Source of the DNA: Candidatus Latescibacterota bacterium
GTDB taxonomy: Bacteria > Latescibacterota > UBA2968 > GCA-2709665
Direction of reading: 5' to 3'
DNA length: 64,000 nucleotides
Assembly (NCBI GenBank): GCA_965222075.1
Contig: OZ244937.1
Location: 2,752,001 to 2,816,000 of the forward strand
Positions 8,298-17,623 of the stretch are shown piece by piece (position 1 is the stretch's first letter; the number at the start of each line of letters is the position of its first letter). The notes beneath the pieces were generated by a model. That model did not search any database. It was given only the letters and a program-made list of their open reading frames with translations, and was not told the origin of the DNA. The translations under genes were made by a program, and so were the position numbers.

Positions 8298-8867
8298 ATG
8301 GAACTACTATCCTTTATTTTGTTGCTGGTTATTCTGTTGGGGCCTTTCTGGCTGATTTTCCATGTTCGCAAGGAAAGTCGTCGGTGTCGTTACTGTTTGG
8401 TTGCGATAAAGAAGGTGCAGGATTTGCCCGAACGGGGGAAGATTAATTCCCTCATAAAAAACGAAAAGATGCCGGGGACAGCAGCCCATTATGAGCTGTG
8501 TTCGAAGTGCAAAAGACTGTACGATTGGAGATGGTTTGACGATGAACGAGCACACAGACGAGACTGGGATATGCATGATAGGCAGTGCGCCTGTGGGTTC
8601 AATTTGAAACCTCCGTGGAATGTAGCTCCGGAGATTTCTAAAGAGGTATTGCGCAAGATTCCCCTTGAAACGCTCGAGGCCTTATATCAAAAGTATGGAA
8701 AATCAACGTTGATTGAGAAACTCTACGACAATCTTGATGACGACAATATTTTTTTCTTATGCTCAAAATGCAGAAGAATTTATATGTGGCAGCCTCTAAA
8801 CGGATATCAAGTGCTACAGTGCATTTCACAAGATCATTCAAAATATGACCCGGACCCGTTTTTATGA
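8298..8867 (+). CDS. Membrane-anchored hypothetical protein with duplicated Cys-rich motifs
   Basis: N-terminal TM helix; CRYC, LCSKCKRLYDW, CACG, LCSKCRRIYMW; AT-rich DNA. Confidence 0.65.
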   Translation: MELLSFILLLVILLGPFWLIFHVRKESRRCRYCLVAIKKVQDLPERGKINSLIKNEKMPGTAAHYELCSKCKRLYDWRWFDDERAHRRDWDMHDRQCACGFNLKPPWNVAPEISKEVLRKIPLETLEALYQKYGKSTLIEKLYDNLDDDNIFFLCSKCRRIYMWQPLNGYQVLQCISQDHSKYDPDPFL

Positions 8868-9146
8868 GTCATTCTAACTTCATTTTGGCCAAAGTCCAGT
8901 TGGAAGGATGTTCTTCAGTCCAGACGTCATGGATACAATGAAGATTGACCAACACGCGGCTCTCAATCTCGTCGCGCCCTCGTCCTCCACGCCTGCGGAA
9001 CCTGAATCCGAAACGCCGAGATTGTCCTCGCCGGATGAGTCGTAGTTGATGTCGCCGTCGCATGCCAGCCGTTTGCGCGACTGCAGGCTTACGTCAGAAC
9101 AACACTTTAGGGGTCAGAAACAGCGTACAGGAGGCATCGATAAGCC

Positions 9147-9524
9147 ATGCAGAACACGTGCCCTGTCTGCCAGTCTGAGTTGCAGGATTTCACTAAGAGA
9201 CCGGAAGGCCACGACAAGAATCAATACTCCTGCCCCCGCTGTGGTGATTTTCTCTTCTCTCGGACACTGGTCCAAACACTCCTGTATAAGCCCCCCTCCG
9301 AACTTGCAAAAATCAGCCATGCCCTTCGGTTGATGCAAGCGAATAATCAAGTGGCTGAGATGTCTACGAACACTGTTGAGGAAGTGCTGAAGCGTCCATT
9401 GCCATCTCCAAGTGAGCAAGCCGATCTTCTCGTTCGCTGGATCGCCGAGAATGTCGATGGTCCTAAATGCCCTAAATATGGCCTTGTGGCAGCGTCGTCC
9501 CAAGGACGTGATCCATCATTCTGA
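9147..9524 (+). pseudogene. Zn-ribbon protein, probably truncated at about 9460 by an IS3 remnant
   Basis: GGAGG upstream; CPVC and CPRCG motifs; after ...WIAENVDG the sequence becomes IS3 integrase DNA in another frame. Confidence 0.55.
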
Positions 9525-9842
9525 CCGGAGATCGCAGTATACTTCTCTGGCCTTCGGCCTGCGCTGCAAGAAGGCCGGTGTCCGTCCCTCCACAGGATCC
9601 GTCGGAGACTGCTTTGACAACGCCATGTGCGCGAGTTTCTTCGCCACAGTAGAATGCGAACTGCTCGACCACCGCTGCTTCCGCACTTACCAGGAAGCGC
9701 AACAGGCACTCTTCGCGTATATTGAGGGGTGGTATAATCCACATCGCAGACATTCAGCTTTGGGATACGACTCACCCACAACCTACGAGGTAAGACACCA
9801 AACACGGGCTTGACACCCAAGCCTAAAACCGGGGTAGCTCCA
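9460..9842 (+). mobile_element. IS3-family remnant (C-terminal integrase core and right end)
   Basis: IHHSDRRSQYTS...GDCFDNAMCASFFATVECE...YIEGWYNPHRRHSALGYDSP; ends with AAAACCGGGGTAGCTCCA. Confidence 0.85.
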
Positions 9843-9889
9843 CCGGCTTTGCCGGAGGTCTCATAACATAAACAAAAGGACATACTCAA

Positions 9890-11959
9890 ATGAAAGAGTT
9901 ATACAGTTGGGTGCGGTGGTTTCGAGAATTGGCGGAAAAAATTTCGGAAGGTGACAAAGCATATCTGATTGAAAAAGCCAGAGAAGTGGAGTGGGGAAAG
10001 ACCCCCACCTTGCTTCGATATGGCGATGAGGCCATCAATCCGTTTTCTTTTTTTTATTTTTTGGCTTCAAAAAACACCAGTAAGCAACTCAAACCCGTGT
10101 TCCACAGCGTTAGTAGTGTATTTGAAATTGAACCGCTGCTATATATGGACGTAGATGAACGCTTTGTCTTTCCCGTTCCCAATTTCAATATACTTTTCTA
10201 TGATGAAACAAACTCCAATATGGATCTGCTCTGGCGTTTGTTCAGGCAGGCGGCAGTAAAGGACGAGCCAAAGATAGACCCGGATGAATTCAAGAAAGTT
10301 CTTGATATTAAGGGAGTTGGGATTGCAAAATTGACGCAAACCTTGTTTTTGACAAACCCCGAATACTTCCTGCCCATGGATAATGTAACCAAGGATTTGT
10401 GGAAAGTTCTGGACTTGCCGACGCTGTCAGAAATAGAAAATGATGGCTATGAGACATATCGATCGTTTCTTGAGAAGTTAAAGGAAGCATTTCCAGAGTG
10501 CCAGCCGTATGAAATCAATATGTTCTTATATCTGCAAAACTCCGGAAAAATAAAGGTGAACGATAATTTCTATCAAATTAGCACTCAGGTATATGGAGAC
10601 AAGAAGGGTGATCATTGGGACGACTTCAAGTACAACAATTGGGTTTATACCGGCGGACCGGGGGGTAAATCATGGGGGGAACCGGGAAAGTATCCTTTGG
10701 AAGAACCTGCACCGGGAGATATTATCCTGGTCAGAACAGGAATAACAAAAGGAAAGGCTATTGGCATCGTTCAGAAAAACGATTATGTCGAGTCGGGGAT
10801 AAACAAAGACAGCAGGATTCATGTCTTGTGGATAAACAAGGAGCAAACAGACTTATCCAGGAAAACGGAACAGGTTGGTTTTGCGAAGACTAAATCGGAC
10901 TCGAAGACATATTTGGCATTTGAGAATACGGATGCCTATAAGCCTTCCTTCGAGTTGATTGAAAAAATGAAAGGAAATTCGATTGGGAACGAACCAGAAA
11001 CCGATACCATGAAATATCTACAACCTTTGAATCAGATACTTAGATCCCGCGATCCGATCCAGGATACGGGCGAGGATCTCTTTCTGCGCGAGGGCGAAAT
11101 CGAGCGCCTGATCGCTCTGCTTCGGCGCAAGAAGAATCTGGTCCTCCAGGGGCCGCCGGGGACGGGAAAAACCTATTTGGCGCAGGGTTTGGCTCGGTTG
11201 GTGGTGGGAGAAAAGTCGAAAAACCGCATCGAGACCGTTCAGTTCCACCAGTCTTATGGTTACGAGGATTTCGTCCAGGGATATCGGCCCACCGGGGATG
11301 GCGGATTCGAGCTGAAGGATGGTCCTTTTCTGCGCTTCTGCGAACGCGCCCAGCCGAGCCCGGATTGCCCCTTCGTGCTGGTGATCGACGAGATCAACCG
11401 CGGCAACCTGAGCCGGATCTTCGGTGAGCTGTTGATGCTGATCGAGGCCGACAAGCGCAAGCCTGAGTGGGCAGTGCAGATGGCCTATTCGGACGAAGAC
11501 ACGACCCCGTTCCACATTCCGCCGAATCTGTACCTGATCGGAACCATGAACACCGCGGACCGTTCTCTGGCTCTGGTCGATTACGCTCTGCGCCGCCGAT
11601 TCGTTTTTCACACAGTCGAGCCCGCCTTCGGAAATGAGCGATTCGCCCGCCACCTGGAAGAGCGCGGCGTGCCGGAAGAGTTTCAGGAGCGCATCCGAAA
11701 CCGCCTGGGCGCTTTGAACGAGACCATTCGGGAAGATCCGAGGCTCGGCGAGGGGTTCCAGATCGGGCACAGCTATTTCTGCGATCCACCCGGGGAGCTG
11801 CACGAAGAGGAAGATTCAAGCGGGTGGGAGGAGTGGTACGAGGACGTGATCCGCTACGAGATCGAGCCCCTTCTCGCCGAGTACTGGTTCGACGATTCCG
11901 AAAAAGCCAAGACAGAAGTCAAGAAACTGCTTGCTACTCCTGCCGATAACGCTCCATGA
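9890..11959 (+). CDS. mcrB: McrB-family AAA+ GTPase (type IV restriction)
   Basis: GPPGTGKT, VQFHQSYGYEDFV, VIDEINRGN, GTMNTADRS, DYALRRRF, IGHSYF. Confidence 0.92.
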   Translation: MKELYSWVRWFRELAEKISEGDKAYLIEKAREVEWGKTPTLLRYGDEAINPFSFFYFLASKNTSKQLKPVFHSVSSVFEIEPLLYMDVDERFVFPVPNFNILFYDETNSNMDLLWRLFRQAAVKDEPKIDPDEFKKVLDIKGVGIAKLTQTLFLTNPEYFLPMDNVTKDLWKVLDLPTLSEIENDGYETYRSFLEKLKEAFPECQPYEINMFLYLQNSGKIKVNDNFYQISTQVYGDKKGDHWDDFKYNNWVYTGGPGGKSWGEPGKYPLEEPAPGDIILVRTGITKGKAIGIVQKNDYVESGINKDSRIHVLWINKEQTDLSRKTEQVGFAKTKSDSKTYLAFENTDAYKPSFELIEKMKGNSIGNEPETDTMKYLQPLNQILRSRDPIQDTGEDLFLREGEIERLIALLRRKKNLVLQGPPGTGKTYLAQGLARLVVGEKSKNRIETVQFHQSYGYEDFVQGYRPTGDGGFELKDGPFLRFCERAQPSPDCPFVLVIDEINRGNLSRIFGELLMLIEADKRKPEWAVQMAYSDEDTTPFHIPPNLYLIGTMNTADRSLALVDYALRRRFVFHTVEPAFGNERFARHLEERGVPEEFQERIRNRLGALNETIREDPRLGEGFQIGHSYFCDPPGELHEEEDSSGWEEWYEDVIRYEIEPLLAEYWFDDSEKAKTEVKKLLATPADNAP

Positions 11960-13035
11960 AGATTCCGCCCATGAATCTCTACTACCTGCTCTGCTATGCC
12001 TGGGACCGGCTGGAATCCCGAAACTATGTGGATGTGCGGGCCGTCGGTGAAGAGCTTCCTCAGGACCTCTTCGCACGCCTGCTCCGGGCGGGCTTCGAGC
12101 AACTTCTGAAACGCGGCCTTGATCGCGGTTACCGGGAGCACACCGAGGATACGCGCCGGCCGCGGGGCAAAATCGACTTCGCATCAACCGCCCGGCGCGC
12201 GTTACGGATCCGAGGTCAAGTGCATGTGCGCTACGAGAATCTGAGCCGCGACGTGCTCCACAATCGGATCATCAAGACGACGATGCGTCGCCTGGGGACC
12301 GACCCGGACCTGGATCGCGGCCTGAGCGGAGACCTCGAGCGCCTGGCGCGGCGCATTCCCGAAGTCGCCGAAGTGGAGTTGCGCGACGATCTGTTCGATC
12401 GCGTGCAGATTCACCGCAACAACGCCGGCTACGGCTTTCTGCTCAATCTTTGTCGGCTGGTGAGTCGCAACCTTATCCCGGAACACCGCTCCGGGAGATT
12501 CCGCTTTCGAGACTTCACTGGAAACGATATGGAGATGGGCCGGCTCTTCGAAGACTTCGTGCGCAATTTCCTGCGCATCGAGCGACGGGCTCTTGGAGTG
12601 CTCGGGAGGCACAAGCAGATCGAGTGGGACGCTTCCCTGGAGGGCAACGCAATCCGCCTCCCCGTCATGGAGGCGGATATCTTCGTTCCGAACGTCCGCG
12701 GGCGCAGCGCCATCCTCGAGACCAAGTGCGTATCCGTGCGTTTCTCTTCGAGGCAAGGTGGACCCGCTTCACTGAAGAGCGACCATCTCTATCAGCTCTT
12801 CGCCTACCTGGCAAATCACGCGCGCTGCTATCCGAACGAGCCGCCAGTCATCGGCGTGCTGCTCTATGCGACCGACGGCGAGAGTTTCGGTTATCGTTAC
12901 CGCATCCACGATCATCCACTGTGGGTGCGGTCCCTCGACCTCGCACAACCCTGGCAAGAGATCCGCGAGGAATTGCTCGGATTGGCAGCCGAGTTGGAGC
13001 AGCAGACATCCGTGACCGCGTCGGCTGTGACTTGA
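11956..13035 (+). CDS. mcrC: McrC-family nuclease subunit
   Basis: IP.MNLYYLLCYAW start, LFEDFVRNF, ADI...ILETK, HLYQLFAYL; ATGA overlap with mcrB. Confidence 0.9.
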   Translation: MKIPPMNLYYLLCYAWDRLESRNYVDVRAVGEELPQDLFARLLRAGFEQLLKRGLDRGYREHTEDTRRPRGKIDFASTARRALRIRGQVHVRYENLSRDVLHNRIIKTTMRRLGTDPDLDRGLSGDLERLARRIPEVAEVELRDDLFDRVQIHRNNAGYGFLLNLCRLVSRNLIPEHRSGRFRFRDFTGNDMEMGRLFEDFVRNFLRIERRALGVLGRHKQIEWDASLEGNAIRLPVMEADIFVPNVRGRSAILETKCVSVRFSSRQGGPASLKSDHLYQLFAYLANHARCYPNEPPVIGVLLYATDGESFGYRYRIHDHPLWVRSLDLAQPWQEIREELLGLAAELEQQTSVTASAVT

Positions 13036-13325
13036 AGCGAGGCCGCTCTGTCCGGTCTACCGAGTGCTCCACCAGCGCTGTGATGCAGACCGCGATTTAC
13101 GCACATCCAAAACCGTAAAACGAAGTCCTCGATTTTGGCCGAATTCCACGTTTTGTCCTATAAAACCAGCCATTATACACTGAATTTTCGGTCAGGATGC
13201 TGCTTTTGAGTAATCACGGTACTCCTCGATGACGTGATCCAGAGCGATGATGAGATATAGCACAGTGCCCTCCTGATCATCTTATCCAGTCCATCTATAT
13301 CCATCTCCACAAACCGTGCAATCTG

Positions 13326-16067
13326 TCAGTACCTATCTCCACCTTCAAACAGGTCCTTCTCCGTTAGATGAGAAAGCTGCCCGGAAACAGCGCACACGAA
13401 ATCCGACAAAATCTTCAGTATCTCCGGCGATAGCTTCCCCTGTTGGCCCTGCTCTGTCTGAAGGAATTCATCTACGGGAATGAGGTGATCGGCCATGAAG
13501 GTTTTCCTTGGATTCCTGCTTTTGCTCTGCAGACAGAGAACTTCGACCTTCTCTTTTGGTTTTCTGAGACAGTCTCTTTGCGCAACACACAGACCCGCAG
13601 AGCCCTGCCAGAGCAATTCCCCTTTCCGGATCTTCGTTCGACCGAGCACTTCCTTCAGTTGCGCCGGCTCAAACGCCTCATAGGTCTCTTGAAAGATCCG
13701 AATCGCATTTCCTCTTCTGATCAGAGTCTTCCACTTGGCCAGGTATTTCTGCCAGAACTGATCATCAGCATTGGGCAATATCCTGGTATGCGCAAGAAGC
13801 TTACGAATCTTGGGCAGAAGCTCCTCAGTTGAGTCCGTACGCCACAGCCAGCCAAAGCGGGCAATGGCCGATACCTGTATCAGGGTCAGTTGTGCATTCC
13901 TGGGGGAATCCGTAATTTCCTGAGTACCCAGCATCCACACAGCCATCGCGGCGGCGAAATCCACTGAGGCCAAAGCTTTGACAAACCCTTGCGGATCTTT
14001 CGACTCCTGATATAACTTGTCGATATACCCGTGATACGGCTTCTGAGAGTCGGATTCGGAATCTATGAGCTTGAAGAACGCGAGGTGCCACACCTTATAC
14101 GTCAGATTAAGGTACTCCGCTTCAGGCAACCAGTTCTCTTTTACAGCAGAGGCCATCAAAATGGCGACAATTGCCAGATCCTTCGAGATCAGTTCTGGAG
14201 ACCGTTTCCCAAGATATCCCTTGTCCGAGATCTTGGCTACTACGGACTCCAGGAGCCCGATCATTTTCTGGCGTTCCCTCTCGTCTATTTCCTCCGTTTT
14301 TATAGAAGGCCCCACGTAGGAGGACACAAGCCTTGGGGCCTCGATTTTGTCCTCATCGGTGTCCTCATCCACATCTTCTGGTTCCGGCATTTCCCCTTCG
14401 GATGAGGGCCTTTCGGAAATACGCCCAAAGCCGAAATACCGAAGCAAAAGCCCCCGCAGTCCATCTATCCTCCCCTGAGGGTAATAACCAGAGACGGGAG
14501 AGGGGTCAGATAGGAGACCAAAATCATCTGAGAACACATCCGCTCGGGTGAACCGAACCGTTGTCGATTCTTCACCCTCTCCGGCGCGCCACCCTCCGGG
14601 GAAGGAACCATCCCGAGGCGTCTGATAATCCAGGTGGTCCTGGAGGAGTCTGAGTATATCATTGAATGCGGGAAGCCCCCAGGTGCCTTCCCGTACGCTC
14701 TGGTGGATGGTATTCACAAGCGCACGCTCCTTGGAGGTTGCGCTGAGTTCGAATTCGTGGTCAATCCAGATGAGATTTGAATTTACCTTCTCGCCTGAGC
14801 ATACACCTTTGAGTTGTAGAGATAGGTTGCGCTGTGCGGCTGAAAACTCCGATGGCGGCGTCACGATAAGTTCTTCGTCACCACTCAACTGGAATTTAAC
14901 AGCCCGACCATTGACCAGGCATTCCTCGATCTGAACATCCCCCTGTTTTGTGAAGCCGACCCGAATCTCCTCGTCGTTCGATCTCGCAGCCAGCACCTTC
15001 AACACATAGGCTGGTCCATCCGACGGAGTTTCTTCCGGCTCAGGGTGCTCAAGGCGAGGCCGTTGGTTTGAGATCTTCAATTCAGCCAGAAAGTGCTTCC
15101 TGAATTCACTCCTGGACAGTTCCTGCACTGCAACCAACTCCGCATTTCCTCCAGCTCCTGAAATCGTCCAGGCAGCCCGGGAGCAGTTTGCGCTGCCCAG
15201 GACAGCGGTTACACGGTTTCCCCTTTCGATGCCGTAGAACTTTGCATGGAGAAACCTCAGGTTTCCATCGGGACCGACATATTTGACGGTTCTGAGAGCT
15301 ATACCTTCCGGCAAGTTCGAAACAACCTCTTCAGAGAGATTGGTCTTCCCCTCCTGCAGGAGCGCAACTACCTCACCGGCAGAGAAACGTTCCTTCATTT
15401 CCTCCAGGGCCTTCCCTTTTTCATCAAAATAGGGCGCGCAAACCCAGAGTCTGTCTACCCCCCCATTCGCGGTGACCGCGGTCAGTTGATCAATCAGGCT
15501 ATCACCCATCCCCGCTTTTCCCACAAGCATACCAGGCTGCCCCAGGTAACTAACCCACCGCTTTCGTTCCGACCCGAATGCATCCTCCACATCGTGCCGG
15601 ATAGCCTCCGCAATATGCACATGGTCGAGAATTCCAGTCAGGTAATCCCTGAAATAAGCAAATGCCGGTGCCTCATCCTGTGTTTCTTCGTTGAGCCCAA
15701 ACTCCGCCCAGACCTCGCCGTTTTCCCGCCATCCTCCAAACCCAGCATTTCCGCTACCGACAAAAAGTGTGGCCTGTTCTCTTGCGGAAAGCAGAACCGC
15801 TTTGGGATGAAACCGAAAGGGATGGGGCAACCCGATCGGAACCAACCGATACCGCCTCCCCAGGGCGCTGAGATAGCAGCGCTGGCGCTCATACATGTCA
15901 AACGCACAGCTCCCCTCTGCGAATACCGTGAGTGCAGGGCTCCCAACCCGCTGCAGGACGGGCAAAAGGATATGCTCCAGAAACACGCCGTCGATATTAT
16001 GTGTAAGCACAATGACGTTCTCAAGGTCCCTGTGACCCCTGATTTTCTGTATTAGATCCGCCCTCAT
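13326..16067 (-). CDS. Phospholipase D-superfamily (HKD, nuclease-type) protein with long C-terminal extension
   Basis: FHPKAVLL...FVGSGN and FLHAKFYGIE...LGSANCS, two HxK half-sites; CAPYFD. Confidence 0.8.
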   Translation of the reverse strand: MRADLIQKIRGHRDLENVIVLTHNIDGVFLEHILLPVLQRVGSPALTVFAEGSCAFDMYERQRCYLSALGRRYRLVPIGLPHPFRFHPKAVLLSAREQATLFVGSGNAGFGGWRENGEVWAEFGLNEETQDEAPAFAYFRDYLTGILDHVHIAEAIRHDVEDAFGSERKRWVSYLGQPGMLVGKAGMGDSLIDQLTAVTANGGVDRLWVCAPYFDEKGKALEEMKERFSAGEVVALLQEGKTNLSEEVVSNLPEGIALRTVKYVGPDGNLRFLHAKFYGIERGNRVTAVLGSANCSRAAWTISGAGGNAELVAVQELSRSEFRKHFLAELKISNQRPRLEHPEPEETPSDGPAYVLKVLAARSNDEEIRVGFTKQGDVQIEECLVNGRAVKFQLSGDEELIVTPPSEFSAAQRNLSLQLKGVCSGEKVNSNLIWIDHEFELSATSKERALVNTIHQSVREGTWGLPAFNDILRLLQDHLDYQTPRDGSFPGGWRAGEGEESTTVRFTRADVFSDDFGLLSDPSPVSGYYPQGRIDGLRGLLLRYFGFGRISERPSSEGEMPEPEDVDEDTDEDKIEAPRLVSSYVGPSIKTEEIDERERQKMIGLLESVVAKISDKGYLGKRSPELISKDLAIVAILMASAVKENWLPEAEYLNLTYKVWHLAFFKLIDSESDSQKPYHGYIDKLYQESKDPQGFVKALASVDFAAAMAVWMLGTQEITDSPRNAQLTLIQVSAIARFGWLWRTDSTEELLPKIRKLLAHTRILPNADDQFWQKYLAKWKTLIRRGNAIRIFQETYEAFEPAQLKEVLGRTKIRKGELLWQGSAGLCVAQRDCLRKPKEKVEVLCLQSKSRNPRKTFMADHLIPVDEFLQTEQGQQGKLSPEILKILSDFVCAVSGQLSHLTEKDLFEGGDRY

Positions 16068-17605
16068 ACCGCAGTCTCAAGCTGTTGAAGCATTTCCTGC
16101 CCGACGTCCGTTATGCCGTATCCACTGTTCTCAGCGCTTTCGACCAGCCCAAGGTCCTCCAGCATATTGACCACACTGCCAAGTCGCTCACCGCTGTACC
16201 CCGCTCTCGTCTGCGTTCCCGTTGAACGGAACACATCCCCGTCCCAGTAGAACCGAAGTGAACATTTTTGACCCTGACCCATCTTACGCCAGGTTGTATT
16301 CAGGTGCGGCGCGATCGTGCAATCTCCCACAATCTTCGCCAGCACATCCACCATCCGTTCCCCCGATGCCCGATCCAGGACCTCAAAGGCCATATCCAGC
16401 GGACTGTTCGGGTACTCTTTTATCAGCCCCTTGCGCCTCCAGGCCGAAATATGACGCCAGCAAGAGACAAGCAAAGACAATCCCAGGATCACCCTGGAAG
16501 CCGATATCAGATTCCGGGCTGCTGCTCTCGTCGGCGCTCCATCCAGAAACGCCTCAAATGGAACCGAGGCTGAGAAATCGTCCCATGTCAGCTCCCAAGG
16601 AGGCGACTGTAAATCCACGTATTTTGTCAATTCATCAGGGAAAGCATCTACTTCTGCCCATTCCCGGATGACCTCATGCAGCCTACCTGCCGTCCTGGAT
16701 GTCAGCTTATCACAGAAGGCAGAAAAGAGGATTTCGAGGCTGAAATGCCCCCGGCGGCGGAATTCGTAATTGACCCAGGCCTTCTGCACCTCTTCAGGAT
16801 AGACTGATTCGTCCTCCAGACACCGTTTGTATTCCTGAACGATCAACGCCCCTGCATCTACACCAGAGTCCTTCACATTCCTCAGAATCCACTGCAAGGT
16901 GCTGCGAAAGCGGCTGTAGTACTCTGCTTGTGGGGAATAGGGTGTAGTAAAATGGCTCGTGAGCAGTTCCCTTTCCTCCCGTGCCGTATCTGAAAGCAAC
17001 CCCTGTAAAGAAAAATGATCCTGCCACTCCAGAACCTGTTCTACTGAGATCTGGCTGCCCTCAAAAAGATGTGGAACAAGTGGACAGCGCTCAAGCTGCT
17101 GTTTCTTAAGTTCGTAAAACGCCTTTCCTCGCGGCGTGACATGGATGGGATCTCCGCCCTGAAGAATGCCAAATCCCTGGCAAGGCATAATATAGACCCC
17201 AACGATAGATCCCCCGCCTTCGGGCTCCAGATCAACTGATCCAGATTCCTGTAACTCCTGGATGAGGCTACGGTGCGTGTCGCTCCCCAGCGCGCCGTAT
17301 ATCGAGGCAGGGGGTTCATCCGGCCTCGTAAGCTCCGAAGCAGCCACAATAATCGTTTCCAGACGGCTCAGGAAGAGACGGAGTTCTTGAGGCTCATATT
17401 CGCCTTCCCAACGGCCATTTCCCATCTTCTGTTTGTAAAACTCCGCAAGAGCCCAGGGGAGCAAGGAAAGATACCTGGCCCTCAGAGAGATCGTGGTAAT
17501 GCCCGCTACCCACGCCTTCTCAATGGCCTGGTCAATACGCCGGATTTCAAGGATATCCAGCCCCTGTATTTTCTTCCGTTCACCGGAGTTCCAAAAGATC
17601 TTCAT
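16064..17605 (-). CDS. Hypothetical protein, DUF6361-like N-terminus, partner of the PLD protein
   Basis: GLDILEIR...GITTISLRARYLSLLPW motif; C-terminal R..SVVNMLEDLGLV...ITDVG winged-helix-like end; 4-nt overlap with the PLD gene. Confidence 0.65.
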   Translation of the reverse strand: MKIFWNSGERKKIQGLDILEIRRIDQAIEKAWVAGITTISLRARYLSLLPWALAEFYKQKMGNGRWEGEYEPQELRLFLSRLETIIVAASELTRPDEPPASIYGALGSDTHRSLIQELQESGSVDLEPEGGGSIVGVYIMPCQGFGILQGGDPIHVTPRGKAFYELKKQQLERCPLVPHLFEGSQISVEQVLEWQDHFSLQGLLSDTAREERELLTSHFTTPYSPQAEYYSRFRSTLQWILRNVKDSGVDAGALIVQEYKRCLEDESVYPEEVQKAWVNYEFRRRGHFSLEILFSAFCDKLTSRTAGRLHEVIREWAEVDAFPDELTKYVDLQSPPWELTWDDFSASVPFEAFLDGAPTRAAARNLISASRVILGLSLLVSCWRHISAWRRKGLIKEYPNSPLDMAFEVLDRASGERMVDVLAKIVGDCTIAPHLNTTWRKMGQGQKCSLRFYWDGDVFRSTGTQTRAGYSGERLGSVVNMLEDLGLVESAENSGYGITDVGQEMLQQLETAV

Positions 17606-17623
17606 GATCAAGCCAAACGGATT

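Noticed and set aside
8869-9120. Arg-rich minus-strand ORF and a possible integron attC after the AT-rich gene
   Set aside because: No RBS or family signal, no convincing RYYYAAC...GTTRRRY stem, and no integron integrase.
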